Shown one piece after another: positions 30,994 through 41,352 of a DNA stretch of 64,000 nt. The position numbers and the translations under genes were made by a program. The notes under the pieces are model-generated. The model was not told the origin of the DNA and did no database searches. It worked only from the letters and a program-made list of their open reading frames with translations. Within the stretch, counting starts at the first letter, position 1; each line of letters begins with the position of its first letter. The stretch spans positions 1-64,000 of the forward strand of contig JAQBGU010000188.1 of assembly GCA_032128375.1 (NCBI GenBank), read 5' to 3'. This stretch comes from Deltaproteobacteria bacterium (lineage in GTDB: Bacteria > Myxococcota_A > UBA9160 > SMWR01).

Positions 30994-32243
30994 TACGTGG
31001 TGTATCGGTCCTTTGGGTGGCTGTCGGAGACCCGGGTAGCCGCAGCGCGGGCAGCGGCTGCGATATCCATCAACGCTTTCCCCCAGGTCCGCTCCCAGGT
31101 AAACCGAGTCCTCACTTCTGCGCAAGCGGCCTGGCCCAGTTCGCCTGCGAGTCCCGGAGATGCGACAAGCCTTGCGATGGCATCCGCCATCGATGCGGAA
31201 TCATCTGGGCAAAACAGCAGTCCCGTTCTTCCATCCTCGACCACTTCGCGGCTGGCCGGAGTCTCCGCCACGATCGGTGCGAGGCCGGCCGCCATGTATT
31301 CCGGGACTTTGACCGGGACGATGATCTCGCCTCCGATGGACATCACCACCGCAGCATCCATTGCCGACAGCCAGTGCGAAACCTCATCATGAGGCACCTT
31401 CCCCTGGCGGATCACGAGATCGTCGACACCCAGCTGGGTCGCCTTCGCATCCAGCCTTCGGCGATTCGGACCGTCCCCCACCACAAGCCAGTAGACCGGC
31501 CCAATCCGGCGTTCACGCAGCTTGGCGGCCGCTTCCGCGATCATATGAACCTGATGGAACCACGCGTACGACCCGACGAAGCCCACGACGAGCGCGTTCG
31601 CGGGAATTTTCATCTGTTCGCGAATTCGCCTTCCAGCCTCTGGATCGCGCGTGAACTGTTCTGGATTCACCGCGTTGTGACTGACGACGATGCGTGGCAT
31701 AGGGATGTCGTAATTCGCGGCGATATCCCGTTTCCACGCCTCCGAAACCACCACGACGCGAAAGGCTGCTTTCATCCGCACGCGGTCGGCTTCGAGAGCG
31801 CGTGCCCGAAACAGCGAATGGTCGTACGCAACCAGCGCATCGATCCATTCCAGCACATAAGGAACGTCGAGTTCGCGAGCGACTTGCATAGGCGCCAGAT
31901 GGAGTCGCGACGCGCGATGCCAGATCAACTCGGGCTTGTTCGCAGCGGATCGCTGCAGCAGGTACGCCTTCAGACGTTTGTCGTGGCGGATGTCCCGAAA
32001 CTCGGACACCGAATAACGCAGCGATGCGGCTATGCCCTTCAGTCCAGGCTCTGTAGTCCACGATCCAGCTTGTTTCGGCGAGACTGGAACAGCAGCAGAC
32101 GCACCCACACCGCCGATGACATCACCTCCACAGACCTGATCGACTTCGAATCCGAGTTTGCGCCAGGTCTCGCAGATGGAGTCGATCTTCCTGCTCTTGC
32201 GCGCCGAATAGGCGCTGCGGTCTGAACGGATATAGAGAATCAT
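30993..32243 (-). CDS. Glycosyltransferase family 4, paralogue of 12479-13711
   Basis: Shares IWHRASRLHLAP, PYVLEWID and KVPEYMAAG with the other copy. Confidence 0.9.
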   Translation of the reverse strand: MILYIRSDRSAYSARKSRKIDSICETWRKLGFEVDQVCGGDVIGGVGASAAVPVSPKQAGSWTTEPGLKGIAASLRYSVSEFRDIRHDKRLKAYLLQRSAANKPELIWHRASRLHLAPMQVARELDVPYVLEWIDALVAYDHSLFRARALEADRVRMKAAFRVVVVSEAWKRDIAANYDIPMPRIVVSHNAVNPEQFTRDPEAGRRIREQMKIPANALVVGFVGSYAWFHQVHMIAEAAAKLRERRIGPVYWLVVGDGPNRRRLDAKATQLGVDDLVIRQGKVPHDEVSHWLSAMDAAVVMSIGGEIIVPVKVPEYMAAGLAPIVAETPASREVVEDGRTGLLFCPDDSASMADAIARLVASPGLAGELGQAACAEVRTRFTWERTWGKALMDIAAAARAAATRVSDSHPKDRYTT

Positions 32244-32424
32244 CGTTGCCCTCTTCGACGAGTCTACTGAGCGCTTGACCGCTGTCGACTCGATCCGCAA
32301 CTCGTTCCGGAACTTTGTCCACACAGCCGTTCACATTAGGCAGAGAGTACGAGCGCTGTCGCGGTGTTCGCGATTCGACCGGCGACGCCGCGTGAACTAG
32401 GCTTCGAGCGGGGGTGAAATCCGC

Positions 32425-35400
32425 TTGATGGACCGCAGACCCGCAGTCGTCAATCCACGCTCATGGTTCGGGGCGCTGATTTTCTGGGTGGCTCTATCGA
32501 GCCATGCACACGACGGACATCCGACTCTCAACAGCACCCCCGAGCAGGAAGATGCGACAAGCTTCGACGATCTACGAGTCCCCCTGCTCCCGGTTCCTAC
32601 CGAATGGGCGTTCAATGACACCTGGAAGATGCGCAAGATCGGCGCGAATGAATTCTACTTCGTCGAGAACGGTCCGTTTGCGCGCATGCAAGCAAACTCT
32701 CAACCAAATCTGCACCGCTCACTGTACGAAACGGGAATCTTGCAGCGCGCGATCCCTGGATTTCTCGATATGCGATACCTCTCGCTGATCGGGGAACTCT
32801 CGGGCGCGAATCCAGCTGAACGGCCGGTGCTCGAAGAATACATCGCGAATCAGTGGCCGATCTGGTCGATTTCGTATGCGACGGCTCGAGATCTGGCCAT
32901 GCCTGGCCGAAGTTCCTTTGACACGATGGGCGACCTTTGGGTCGGCGACGGCTCGACGGAGTACATGACCTACCGACTCGATGGAGTCGTCAATTACATG
33001 CGCTCGGCGAAGATCGGATCATTTTCTTCCTCTGTCGACACCCATGCGGACTCATGGGCGCGTTACATGGAAAATTCGCTCATTCCTGAACTGAGGAAGG
33101 TGCTCCCGGCGGCCGTGAACCCGAAATCGTTCGATCGGCAGGTTCTCTGGACACACTCGGACGCACGAACGCTGAGCAACGCATTCATGAGGACTTACTT
33201 CGAAAAAATCGGGAGGCCAATCGCGTGGGGGGGCTACCTGTCGCCCTATTACCTCGCGATGATGCCAGAGAACAGAGCAGTCGGTGAGCGCAATTCCGAT
33301 CCTCTCTACACCGCCCGTGCCCGCGGAATCATGCGAAGCGCTGGGGGCGACAAATTTCATATGAGCTGGCAGACGAGCGAGGAGGTCGCACGTTGGATGG
33401 GTCACAACGCAGAAAACGGTGTGATCCCGGCCCGTAACGAAGCCCATGGCTACAACCTCAATCACATCCGCAACATGATGTGGCGACCTTTTCTGACCGG
33501 TGTGCAGTACTTCATTTTTCACCGGGCGCCGATCGGATTGATCAACGACGTCGAGCAGGACGGCCACCATGAAATCAACGCGATCGGGGAGACGTTCCAC
33601 GACATCATGGATATGGCTGAGAACTTGCCGGACCGCGGCGTCGCGGTGGCATCGGTCGGATTACTGCTGGACGGCGATCGCAACATCTCTTCGTTTCAAC
33701 ACCGACCCACCGAAAGCTACATCGGACTCCAGACGAAAATCGACGCCGCAGACTTCATGATCAATGGCCTTCTCTCCGATCTATTCCCCGTGCACAGCGC
33801 CACGGCCGGCTACGGACTGCCTAACCGGTATGCGCCGTACGGGGAAATTTTCGACATCCTTTCTCCGAATCAGAGGGGAGTGCCGGTTTCACCCGAAACG
33901 CTCGCGAATTACAAAGTGCTTTTCGACATGGGTGGTCTCCAGGTCGACGCCCAGTACGCGCGCGTACTCGAGGATTATGTCCGAACAGGCGGCGCACTCT
34001 TGATGAATGCTGCGGACCTGGGCGATCACCTGAATCCGGCCTTCTTCGGTGTCTCGCTATCGAGAGAATCGCGAAAGGGCAATCGGGTCGTGAGCGTTCG
34101 AGATGGGCGCAATTTTGACGAGGCGACCTTCAGCTACGATTCGCTTGCTCCGAACGGGGCCGAGGTTCTCTACACTGTCGATGGTCATCCATTCGTAACG
34201 CTCCATCGAGTTGGCCGAGGCCACGCGATGCTGGCTGCCAGCCCGCTGATCCAGGACGCAAGCGTCAAGGACCGCCGATCCGAACTTGCGCCAACATTCA
34301 ACAATCGCCCGCTGTTGAAGATGGTCCCCCATTTGATGGACCAGCTGACTGCCGGGACGATGCCAATCGAACTTCGCTGTGCACCCGAGCACCGCAAGGA
34401 CTTGACTTGGTGGGTGCACAAGAAGGAAGCATCGTGGCTGGTATTCGTGCAGAACTACAACCAGAACCTGCGCTTCGAGCGCCGCGGCGGGACCCTTTTC
34501 AACATCATCGGAGACTACGAGTTCGAGCCGATCGAATACGAATTGGTGAGTCAGGTTCCGGTCGCCGACGTCGTGGATCTCTACGGTCGCAGGAACATCC
34601 CATTCGAGAAGCGAGCGGGCCTGACGGTAGCGACTGACTACGCGCGCTGGGGCGACGTCCGGATTTACGAATTTTCCGCAAAACCGATCGAGTTGACGAG
34701 AAGCCGCTTCGTCAACTACGCCGAGGACCGGCCGGTTCGCGCCTCTGGAACGCTGGTACTGCCAATCCACAAGCCGAAGCCGGACGACGCCAGGACGCAG
34801 CGCTACTCACCTCGTCTGGCCGTCGACGGAAGCTTCGACAACCGCCGATTCTGGCAGTCGGGCCGGGGACTCGATCGCAAAGAGCGCGACTGGCACAAGA
34901 CACTTCCGCTTCCTGCATGGCTCGAAGTCGATCTCGAGCAGACCCGCGTCGTTGATCACGCGACGATCCAGTTCCATCATCGACCGATCCAGGACTCGCC
35001 CGACATGGTGCCGACGATCATCCGCTACACGATCGAAGTATCCAAGAATGGTCGAAGTTGGACAGCGGTCGTCGACGAATCCGCGAACGCCAAGCCGCTG
35101 CGACGGCGCGCAGTCACAAAATGGTTCGATCCGATCGACGCACGTTATGCGCGCATCACAGTACTCGCGAACTCAGACCGTCGCGGAGCCCAGGTCGTCG
35201 AATTCAGCATTCATGGAAGTGACCGGGAGAGCTTCGTCGCGCAAAGGACATCACCCTGGCCGCCCGAACGCCCGTGGTTACCGATCGAGGTACAGAACTG
35301 GCCGGCCTCGCGGCAGGTCTATCTGGCCGACGGGGAGCCGATCTCCGTGAAGGACCGGGGTGGAAAGCGACAGCAGCGCCAGTTCCCGGAACAAACCATC

Positions 35401-35742
35401 CGCGCAGACTATGACTCGATGTGGGGTGGTCATCGCTACGAGAAGGTGCTCGATGTCTCCGCTCCGCATGAAGTGAGCTACGCAATCGCCGACAACGCGC
35501 AACTCTTCGTCGCGGTCGGTGGGTTTACGCGCTTATACGCCGACCGACCCGGCGTGATCTATCGGGTCTTCGTAGACGGGCAGAAGCGCTTCGATTCCGG
35601 CGAATACTATGGCTTCGATGCACTTCCCATTGTCGTCGATGTTCATGGCGCGCGCACATTGAGGGTTGTCGTCGACGACATGCAAGACGGAGCCAGTGCG
35701 CATGAGGCATTGCTGGCCACGCCCCGCTTCCTGCTGAAATAG
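32425..35742 (+). CDS. Large secreted multidomain protein: unknown N-terminal domain, beta-galactosidase trimerisation-like domain, F5/8 type C domain, NPCBM domain
   Basis: Signal peptide ending SSHA; LEDYVRTGGALL; LAVDG...FWQS...WLEVDL...YTIEVSKNGRSW...ARYARI; VIYRVFVDGQKRFDSG...VDVHGARTLRVVVDD. Confidence 0.75.
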   Translation: MMDRRPAVVNPRSWFGALIFWVALSSHAHDGHPTLNSTPEQEDATSFDDLRVPLLPVPTEWAFNDTWKMRKIGANEFYFVENGPFARMQANSQPNLHRSLYETGILQRAIPGFLDMRYLSLIGELSGANPAERPVLEEYIANQWPIWSISYATARDLAMPGRSSFDTMGDLWVGDGSTEYMTYRLDGVVNYMRSAKIGSFSSSVDTHADSWARYMENSLIPELRKVLPAAVNPKSFDRQVLWTHSDARTLSNAFMRTYFEKIGRPIAWGGYLSPYYLAMMPENRAVGERNSDPLYTARARGIMRSAGGDKFHMSWQTSEEVARWMGHNAENGVIPARNEAHGYNLNHIRNMMWRPFLTGVQYFIFHRAPIGLINDVEQDGHHEINAIGETFHDIMDMAENLPDRGVAVASVGLLLDGDRNISSFQHRPTESYIGLQTKIDAADFMINGLLSDLFPVHSATAGYGLPNRYAPYGEIFDILSPNQRGVPVSPETLANYKVLFDMGGLQVDAQYARVLEDYVRTGGALLMNAADLGDHLNPAFFGVSLSRESRKGNRVVSVRDGRNFDEATFSYDSLAPNGAEVLYTVDGHPFVTLHRVGRGHAMLAASPLIQDASVKDRRSELAPTFNNRPLLKMVPHLMDQLTAGTMPIELRCAPEHRKDLTWWVHKKEASWLVFVQNYNQNLRFERRGGTLFNIIGDYEFEPIEYELVSQVPVADVVDLYGRRNIPFEKRAGLTVATDYARWGDVRIYEFSAKPIELTRSRFVNYAEDRPVRASGTLVLPIHKPKPDDARTQRYSPRLAVDGSFDNRRFWQSGRGLDRKERDWHKTLPLPAWLEVDLEQTRVVDHATIQFHHRPIQDSPDMVPTIIRYTIEVSKNGRSWTAVVDESANAKPLRRRAVTKWFDPIDARYARITVLANSDRRGAQVVEFSIHGSDRESFVAQRTSPWPPERPWLPIEVQNWPASRQVYLADGEPISVKDRGGKRQQRQFPEQTIRADYDSMWGGHRYEKVLDVSAPHEVSYAIADNAQLFVAVGGFTRLYADRPGVIYRVFVDGQKRFDSGEYYGFDALPIVVDVHGARTLRVVVDDMQDGASAHEALLATPRFLLK

Positions 35743-35990
35743 CTTCCAGTGGCGCCCGTCCATCGTTTCAATCGGTCCACCACTCCAGACACCGCCCGAG
35801 CCGGGACTCCGGCGACCAGCCCAAGGTTGGACACCTCATGCTGTATCCGTCCTCGAGCCAAAGCAGCGGTTTTGAGATCGGCGGCGCGGCGCGACTATAT
35901 TTCCCCCAAAAAATGTCTCAGTTTCATATAGTCCTCATCTGTTCGCCGTATCAAAGTACGCAGCGAATATGACCTCCCCTGGGCCCGTGG

Positions 35991-37460
35991 ATGCTCTTCA
36001 ATTCGACTGAGTTCCTCTTCGCGTTTCTGCCGATCGTTCTCGTCGTCTTCATGTTGCTCGGGAAGTACTCCTCTGCCCGGGCCACGATCGCTTGGTTGCT
36101 CGGTGCGTCGCTGTTTTTCTACGGTTGGTGGAATCCCGCGTATCTGGTGCTGATCGGGGCATCGATCGGGTTCAACTATTCGATCGCACGGCTCTTGGAG
36201 CAGCGCCCGCGGCGCGGACTGTTGCTGTTGGGCGTGGGCGTCGACCTGCTGTCGATCGGCTACTTCAAATACGCAGGTTTCCTGGTCGACAACCTGAGTG
36301 CGCTGGCGGGTACGAACTGGGACATCGGGTACATCCTGTTACCGCTGGGTATCTCGTTCTTCACGTTTCAGCAGATCACCTATCTCGTCGACGTTTCCCG
36401 CGGCGACACTCCCGAACGCGACTTCTTGCGCTACGCGTTATTCGTCACCTTTTTCCCGCAACTGATCGCTGGTCCGATCGTGCACCACGGCGACATGCTG
36501 CCACAGTTTCGGCGATTCACGGAGCGCGTCGATTCGACACGCTGGCTTGCAATTGGCATGACGGTGTTCATCGTCGGCTTGTTCAAGAAGGTCGTCATCG
36601 CTGACGGAGTGGCGATCTGGGCCACGCCGGTGTTCGCGGCCGCTGACGAGGGGTTGACGCTGGGAGCGCTCGAGGCCTGGTGCGGCACTTTCGCCTACAC
36701 GTTCCAGCTGTACTTTGATTTCTCCGGCTATTCCGACATGGCCATCGGGCTTGGCTTGTTATTCGGCATCCGACTTCCGATCAACTTCAACTCGCCGTAT
36801 CGGGCCCACAGCATGATCGAATTTTGGCGCTGTTGGCACATGACATTGTCCCGCTTCCTTCGCGATTACGTCTATTTCCCGCTGGGCGGCAATCGCCACG
36901 GTTCCGGCCGCCGCTACGTGAACCTGATGCTCACTATGCTGATCGGAGGCCTTTGGCACGGGGCCGGGTGGAACTTCGTGCTGTGGGGCGGACTGCACGG
37001 CTTGTATCTGGTGGCGAATCACCTGTGGCGCGCGGCGCGCCCAAGCGCGATCGAGACCTACAAGAACCCGCTGACACGGTTCGCCTGCTGGGCATTCACG
37101 CTCGCGGCTGTTGCAATCGCGTGGGTGCCGTTTCGATCCGAGACCGCTGCCGGATCGACCGCGATCCTTCACGCGCTGACCGGCGCGACGGGACTCAGCA
37201 TGAACGATCCCGATCTGTTCTTCGGGGCTCAAGAGATCGTAACGCTGCTCGGACTCGCGCTCGTCGTACGCGTACTCCCTAACGTGTACGAGATCATGCG
37301 CGAGCACGCACCCGAAATCCCGGCGGCCGGTGGGACGACGCGCGGCTGGCGATTGCGTTGGCAGGCGCGGCCCGCCTGGGCGGTGACGATAGGAATCATC
37401 GCAGGGCTGTCGCTGATCAGTCTTCACCGTGTTAGCGAGTTCCTCTACTTTCAGTTTTAG
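35991..37460 (+). CDS. MBOAT O-acyltransferase (AlgI/DltB family)
   Basis: MLFNS, LPLGISFFTFQQI, FFPQLIAGPIVHH, YFDFSGYSDMA, FWRCWHMTLS, GLWHGA; ends in FLYFQF. Confidence 0.95.
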   Translation: MLFNSTEFLFAFLPIVLVVFMLLGKYSSARATIAWLLGASLFFYGWWNPAYLVLIGASIGFNYSIARLLEQRPRRGLLLLGVGVDLLSIGYFKYAGFLVDNLSALAGTNWDIGYILLPLGISFFTFQQITYLVDVSRGDTPERDFLRYALFVTFFPQLIAGPIVHHGDMLPQFRRFTERVDSTRWLAIGMTVFIVGLFKKVVIADGVAIWATPVFAAADEGLTLGALEAWCGTFAYTFQLYFDFSGYSDMAIGLGLLFGIRLPINFNSPYRAHSMIEFWRCWHMTLSRFLRDYVYFPLGGNRHGSGRRYVNLMLTMLIGGLWHGAGWNFVLWGGLHGLYLVANHLWRAARPSAIETYKNPLTRFACWAFTLAAVAIAWVPFRSETAAGSTAILHALTGATGLSMNDPDLFFGAQEIVTLLGLALVVRVLPNVYEIMREHAPEIPAAGGTTRGWRLRWQARPAWAVTIGIIAGLSLISLHRVSEFLYFQF

Positions 37461-37507
37461 GTTCTCTTGGGTATCCGAGTGAAGGTTCCATCGAAGTCGA
37501 GTTCCTT

Positions 37508-38578
37508 GTGGGGATCGGATTGACCAACCGCGACACACGCTATCTGCTGCTCACCGGGATGACTGCCGGCGCGCTCGTTGCTGTGACGATGAGCATCAAC
37601 ATGCTCGTCGATCCGCTCTGGATGCTCGATGGTAATCAACTCGGTCTCAATTTCATGACGCGGGAACGTCTCGCCAAGGCCAATCTGTTCATGAGCCGCT
37701 CTGACGCGGTAGACTGCCTGATTCTGGGCAGCTCACGCGTGACGTTGCTGGACGCCGGGCGCATCGAAAGGCAGCACTGTTTCAACTTCGCGTTCTCCGG
37801 CGGATCAATGGAAGCCTACGTCGACTATGCGCGCTGGGTCGCACATTTTGGCGGCCCCATCGATCGGGTCATCGTCGGTGTCGACGGTTACAATCTCGGA
37901 CCCGATTCTCACGGGCCTGAGACGTACCACTTCATCCTCGCTCTCGAAGAGCCACCATCGATGCTCGAGGAGTATGCGAACCTGAGCATTCTGCGTGCAT
38001 CAGTACGCTCTGCGTTTGGCTACACAAAGTACCGTCGAGCGTACGACGCGGAATTCCGTGGGATCGTCTTGGACGATGCACCCGTCTACGAACCACCGGA
38101 AAATATCGGCAAGAAGGATGCCCGCATGCCCCGCGAGATGCTCCGACATCTCGGACCCTTTTCCAATGAGGCCACACCTCGGCTCGAGCGACTGCGTTCA
38201 GTGTTTCCGGACTCTCGATACGTTGGCTACGCGCCGCCACTCCACCCGTCGTGGTTTGCACAGATGCGCGCGCAGGGAACTCTCGATGACTATATCGACG
38301 CGATCTACGCGGCGTCGCGGGTGTTCGACGCGTTCTACGACTTCGGTATTCCGCACGAGCTCAACGCCAACCCGGCCAACACCTACGACGGATCCCACTA
38401 CCACGAGCAGGTCAACGATCGAATCGCTCAGGTTCTGAACGGCGCCGACATCGGTTACGGCCTCGAAATCAAGGGACTCGAACGCGACGAGTACCGCGAG
38501 CTATTTCACAAAGCGCTCGACGCATACAGCGCCAATCGAGGTATCGGGAGGAATCGGGAAAATCCGGCCGGAGAGTAG
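37508..38578 (+). CDS. Membrane-anchored SGNH-like MBOAT partner
   Basis: TM followed by NMLVDPLW, ILGSSRV, FNFAFSGG, YDGSHY. Confidence 0.72.
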   Translation: MGIGLTNRDTRYLLLTGMTAGALVAVTMSINMLVDPLWMLDGNQLGLNFMTRERLAKANLFMSRSDAVDCLILGSSRVTLLDAGRIERQHCFNFAFSGGSMEAYVDYARWVAHFGGPIDRVIVGVDGYNLGPDSHGPETYHFILALEEPPSMLEEYANLSILRASVRSAFGYTKYRRAYDAEFRGIVLDDAPVYEPPENIGKKDARMPREMLRHLGPFSNEATPRLERLRSVFPDSRYVGYAPPLHPSWFAQMRAQGTLDDYIDAIYAASRVFDAFYDFGIPHELNANPANTYDGSHYHEQVNDRIAQVLNGADIGYGLEIKGLERDEYRELFHKALDAYSANRGIGRNRENPAGE

Positions 38579-38639
38579 CCGAAGGCTGGCATCCTCGAAC
38601 AAGCTTGCCTGCAGGAGTTCCACTTCGTAGCTTCTCTCC

Positions 38640-39824
38640 ATGCGAACTCTCATCGTAGGAGGAGAATACATAGAGATCGGTTCCGACATCTATGTACCCG
38701 AGCGATGCTGGCGCATGGTTCGGATCTTCTCCGACTGTTTCGCACAGCCTGTCTTCGCGCGCCGGAAGATCGAGTCGACCGACCGGGCGCTCTTTTCCGC
38801 CCGACTTCCGTCCGACGCGGTACTCGATCCCCTCACACCACTGATCCATCGAAGGCCCTGGCAGCTCGCGCTTCCGGATCGCGATTGGAACCGGTCCTGG
38901 TACGAGCGAATGATCTCAGAGGTCGATGCGGTTTATTGCCGGTTCCCGAGCTGGGAAGGCATGCGCCTGTACGAGATCGCGCGCGAGCAAAACAAGATCG
39001 TACTCGCTTCCATTCACGGCGACTGGCCAGGCGTCTACCGACACCTGGCGCGCGGCGTATCGTTCCCGCGCAATTGGCTCTTCGCTCGGCTGAGTCGGGT
39101 AAGTCACATATCGATGCTGCGTGTGGCCGAGACCTCGCGCGTGCTTTTTTGCGTCGGTCAGCTGCTCTATGACCAATACGGCATCGCGGCACCCGCGGCA
39201 GTCAACTTCGCCAACTACCTGCATCGAGCAAGCGATTTGCGCCAACGCGACGATACCTGTCGCACCCCGCCCTACCGGATCCTGTTCGTCGGCCAACTCG
39301 AGAGCCGAAAGGGCGTCGAGTATCTGATCCGTGCGGCCGCCCGTGTGCGCGATTCGGGAATCGACATCGAGGTTTCGCTGGTAGGATCGGGAGAAGAGCA
39401 ACCCGGACTCTCTCGGCTGGCCGACAGTGTCGGACTGGGTGACGCCATTCGATTTCATGGTTATGTGCCGTTCGGCCGCAAACTGCTCGACCTCTACGGT
39501 GAATCCGACCTCTTCGTCCTTCCGGCCGTCGCGGGCGAAGGTCTCCCTAAGGTGCTCGTGGAGGCCATGAGCCAGGGCGTGCCGGTGATCGCGACCAACG
39601 TAGGTTCGAGCCGTTACGCAATCGAACAGTCCGGAGCTGGACTACTCGTTGAACCGCGCGACGAAGTCGGCCTCGCCGAAGCCATACGGAAACTGATCTC
39701 CGAAACCCCATTGCGACGCGAGCTGATTCGGGCCGGCCTCGACTACGCCGCGCGCATGACGCTGGGCCACCAGCAACGAGTCGTGTCTGACGCGTTGGCT
39801 GAGTACGTGCCAGAGCTTCTCTAA
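38640..39824 (+). CDS. Glycosyltransferase family 4
   Basis: LFVGQLESRKG, EGLPKVLVEAMSQGVPVIAT. Confidence 0.92.
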   Translation: MRTLIVGGEYIEIGSDIYVPERCWRMVRIFSDCFAQPVFARRKIESTDRALFSARLPSDAVLDPLTPLIHRRPWQLALPDRDWNRSWYERMISEVDAVYCRFPSWEGMRLYEIAREQNKIVLASIHGDWPGVYRHLARGVSFPRNWLFARLSRVSHISMLRVAETSRVLFCVGQLLYDQYGIAAPAAVNFANYLHRASDLRQRDDTCRTPPYRILFVGQLESRKGVEYLIRAAARVRDSGIDIEVSLVGSGEEQPGLSRLADSVGLGDAIRFHGYVPFGRKLLDLYGESDLFVLPAVAGEGLPKVLVEAMSQGVPVIATNVGSSRYAIEQSGAGLLVEPRDEVGLAEAIRKLISETPLRRELIRAGLDYAARMTLGHQQRVVSDALAEYVPELL

Positions 39825-39921
39825 CTGGCTGCGGAGATCCGAACAGCCGCCCGCGAGGAGTCTGCGCGGTGGAACGCCAGCTCTGGCGTGCAGGCGACGA
39901 CGGTGAAGAATTCGATGAAGC

Positions 39922-41352
39922 CTAGCGCCCGTCGATCGACCTGATCCCCGAAGGCGGCAGGTGACGGGACATATCGAAACCTCGTTTCATCACGAGGTTC
40001 ACAGCCACGTGGGCGTACACCAGCAACTCGCGCCAGCGCGGCAGCCAGGCCCGGATCGAACGCAGGGTCACGAGGCGTCGCAACGGCAGCATCTCGTATT
40101 CGTAGAAATTGAAGAACAGGTTCAACACAGTCAGCAAAGGCTTTTTCTCGGACGTCACCCGATATCGAACGCGCTTGCTGATCGCTAGATGGGTAAACAG
40201 ATCTTTCGCCATGCAATGCCGCATGATGGCCACAGCCGTGTGGATCTGAATCGGATGGTCGCGATCTGCGTACGAGTCGAGTTCGCGAACCGTCTTCTGG
40301 AAAAAGTCCACTTCGAAAAGAAACTTCCGCTCGCCGGCCGCCAATACATAGAGCACGGGGTTGGACCGATACATGCGACGCACGAACCAGGGCATCGCGC
40401 GAAATAGCCCCGAAAAATACCGCTCGAGCGGCTTGAGCGTCATCGTTGCGCGTGCTTCGCGCTCATAGGTCTGCTCGAGCTTTTCCTTTTTCTGTTCCGC
40501 GTAGCTTTCCAGGTGGGCCTGACGGTTCGAGAAGAAATCATGGTCCTGCAGCCCGAAACCATCATCGCTAGTCCACGTGTCTCCAGCCACCATGGGATAG
40601 ACCCGGGGTGTGGCGATGCCGTGATCCTCGAAATACTCCTTGACCATCAATGGTGTTGTCGCTTTGTCGTTGAAATGGAAGACTTCCCGGTGCAGGTAGC
40701 AATGATTGCTCGCGAATGGAATCGCGCATTCGGCACCGACCGCATGCACGAAAAGCGTAAAGTCGCGCACGTAGCTTCCCGGATCGTCGACCGGTGCGGC
40801 CGGGTCGTCCATGATTTCGTAGCACAGCCGCGAGTTCGCCGAACTGTGGCTGCGGAACACGAAATCGATCTTGGGATGGCGCTTCAAGAGCTGGTCGAGC
40901 GCCGCACCCATGATCTTGCAATCATTTGCATTCAGAAGAGTGCGGTCCTCGGTCTCGATCACCAGTGCGCTGTCGAGAAAGATATGAAAGTGGTAGCTCG
41001 TGATCTTGAAATTGTCTGAAAGCTGAAATGAATCACCGTGACCCAGTTCCACGATGTTGGTGAACCCCATATTGCGCAGATCCTCGAGCATCCGAGGACC
41101 CGGAGCGCGCGGTATGATGATCCGCGTGTCCCGTGAGAACCTCCGCAGCGATACGCCCTGAAAATGGTCCCAGTGGATGTGGGTCAGATAGATGGCATCG
41201 GGCGCCAGACGCGAGAACAACCCCGGTCGCACCGGCGGGTAGTTCCACCACGAGCGCCAATACGTACTGCCCGCGAGCCACGGGTCGCAAACCAAAGTGG
41301 TATCAGCCTGGGTGACAGACAGACCAGCGTGCGACAGGATTTCAAATCTCAT
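39922..41352 (-). CDS. MBL-fold protein resembling the catalytic domain of CMP-Neu5Ac hydroxylase/NamH
   Basis: SHAG, CDPWLAGSTYWRSW, THIHWDH, DSAL, NANDC, IPFASNH. Confidence 0.7.
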   Translation of the reverse strand: MRFEILSHAGLSVTQADTTLVCDPWLAGSTYWRSWWNYPPVRPGLFSRLAPDAIYLTHIHWDHFQGVSLRRFSRDTRIIIPRAPGPRMLEDLRNMGFTNIVELGHGDSFQLSDNFKITSYHFHIFLDSALVIETEDRTLLNANDCKIMGAALDQLLKRHPKIDFVFRSHSSANSRLCYEIMDDPAAPVDDPGSYVRDFTLFVHAVGAECAIPFASNHCYLHREVFHFNDKATTPLMVKEYFEDHGIATPRVYPMVAGDTWTSDDGFGLQDHDFFSNRQAHLESYAEQKKEKLEQTYEREARATMTLKPLERYFSGLFRAMPWFVRRMYRSNPVLYVLAAGERKFLFEVDFFQKTVRELDSYADRDHPIQIHTAVAIMRHCMAKDLFTHLAISKRVRYRVTSEKKPLLTVLNLFFNFYEYEMLPLRRLVTLRSIRAWLPRWRELLVYAHVAVNLVMKRGFDMSRHLPPSGIRSIDGR

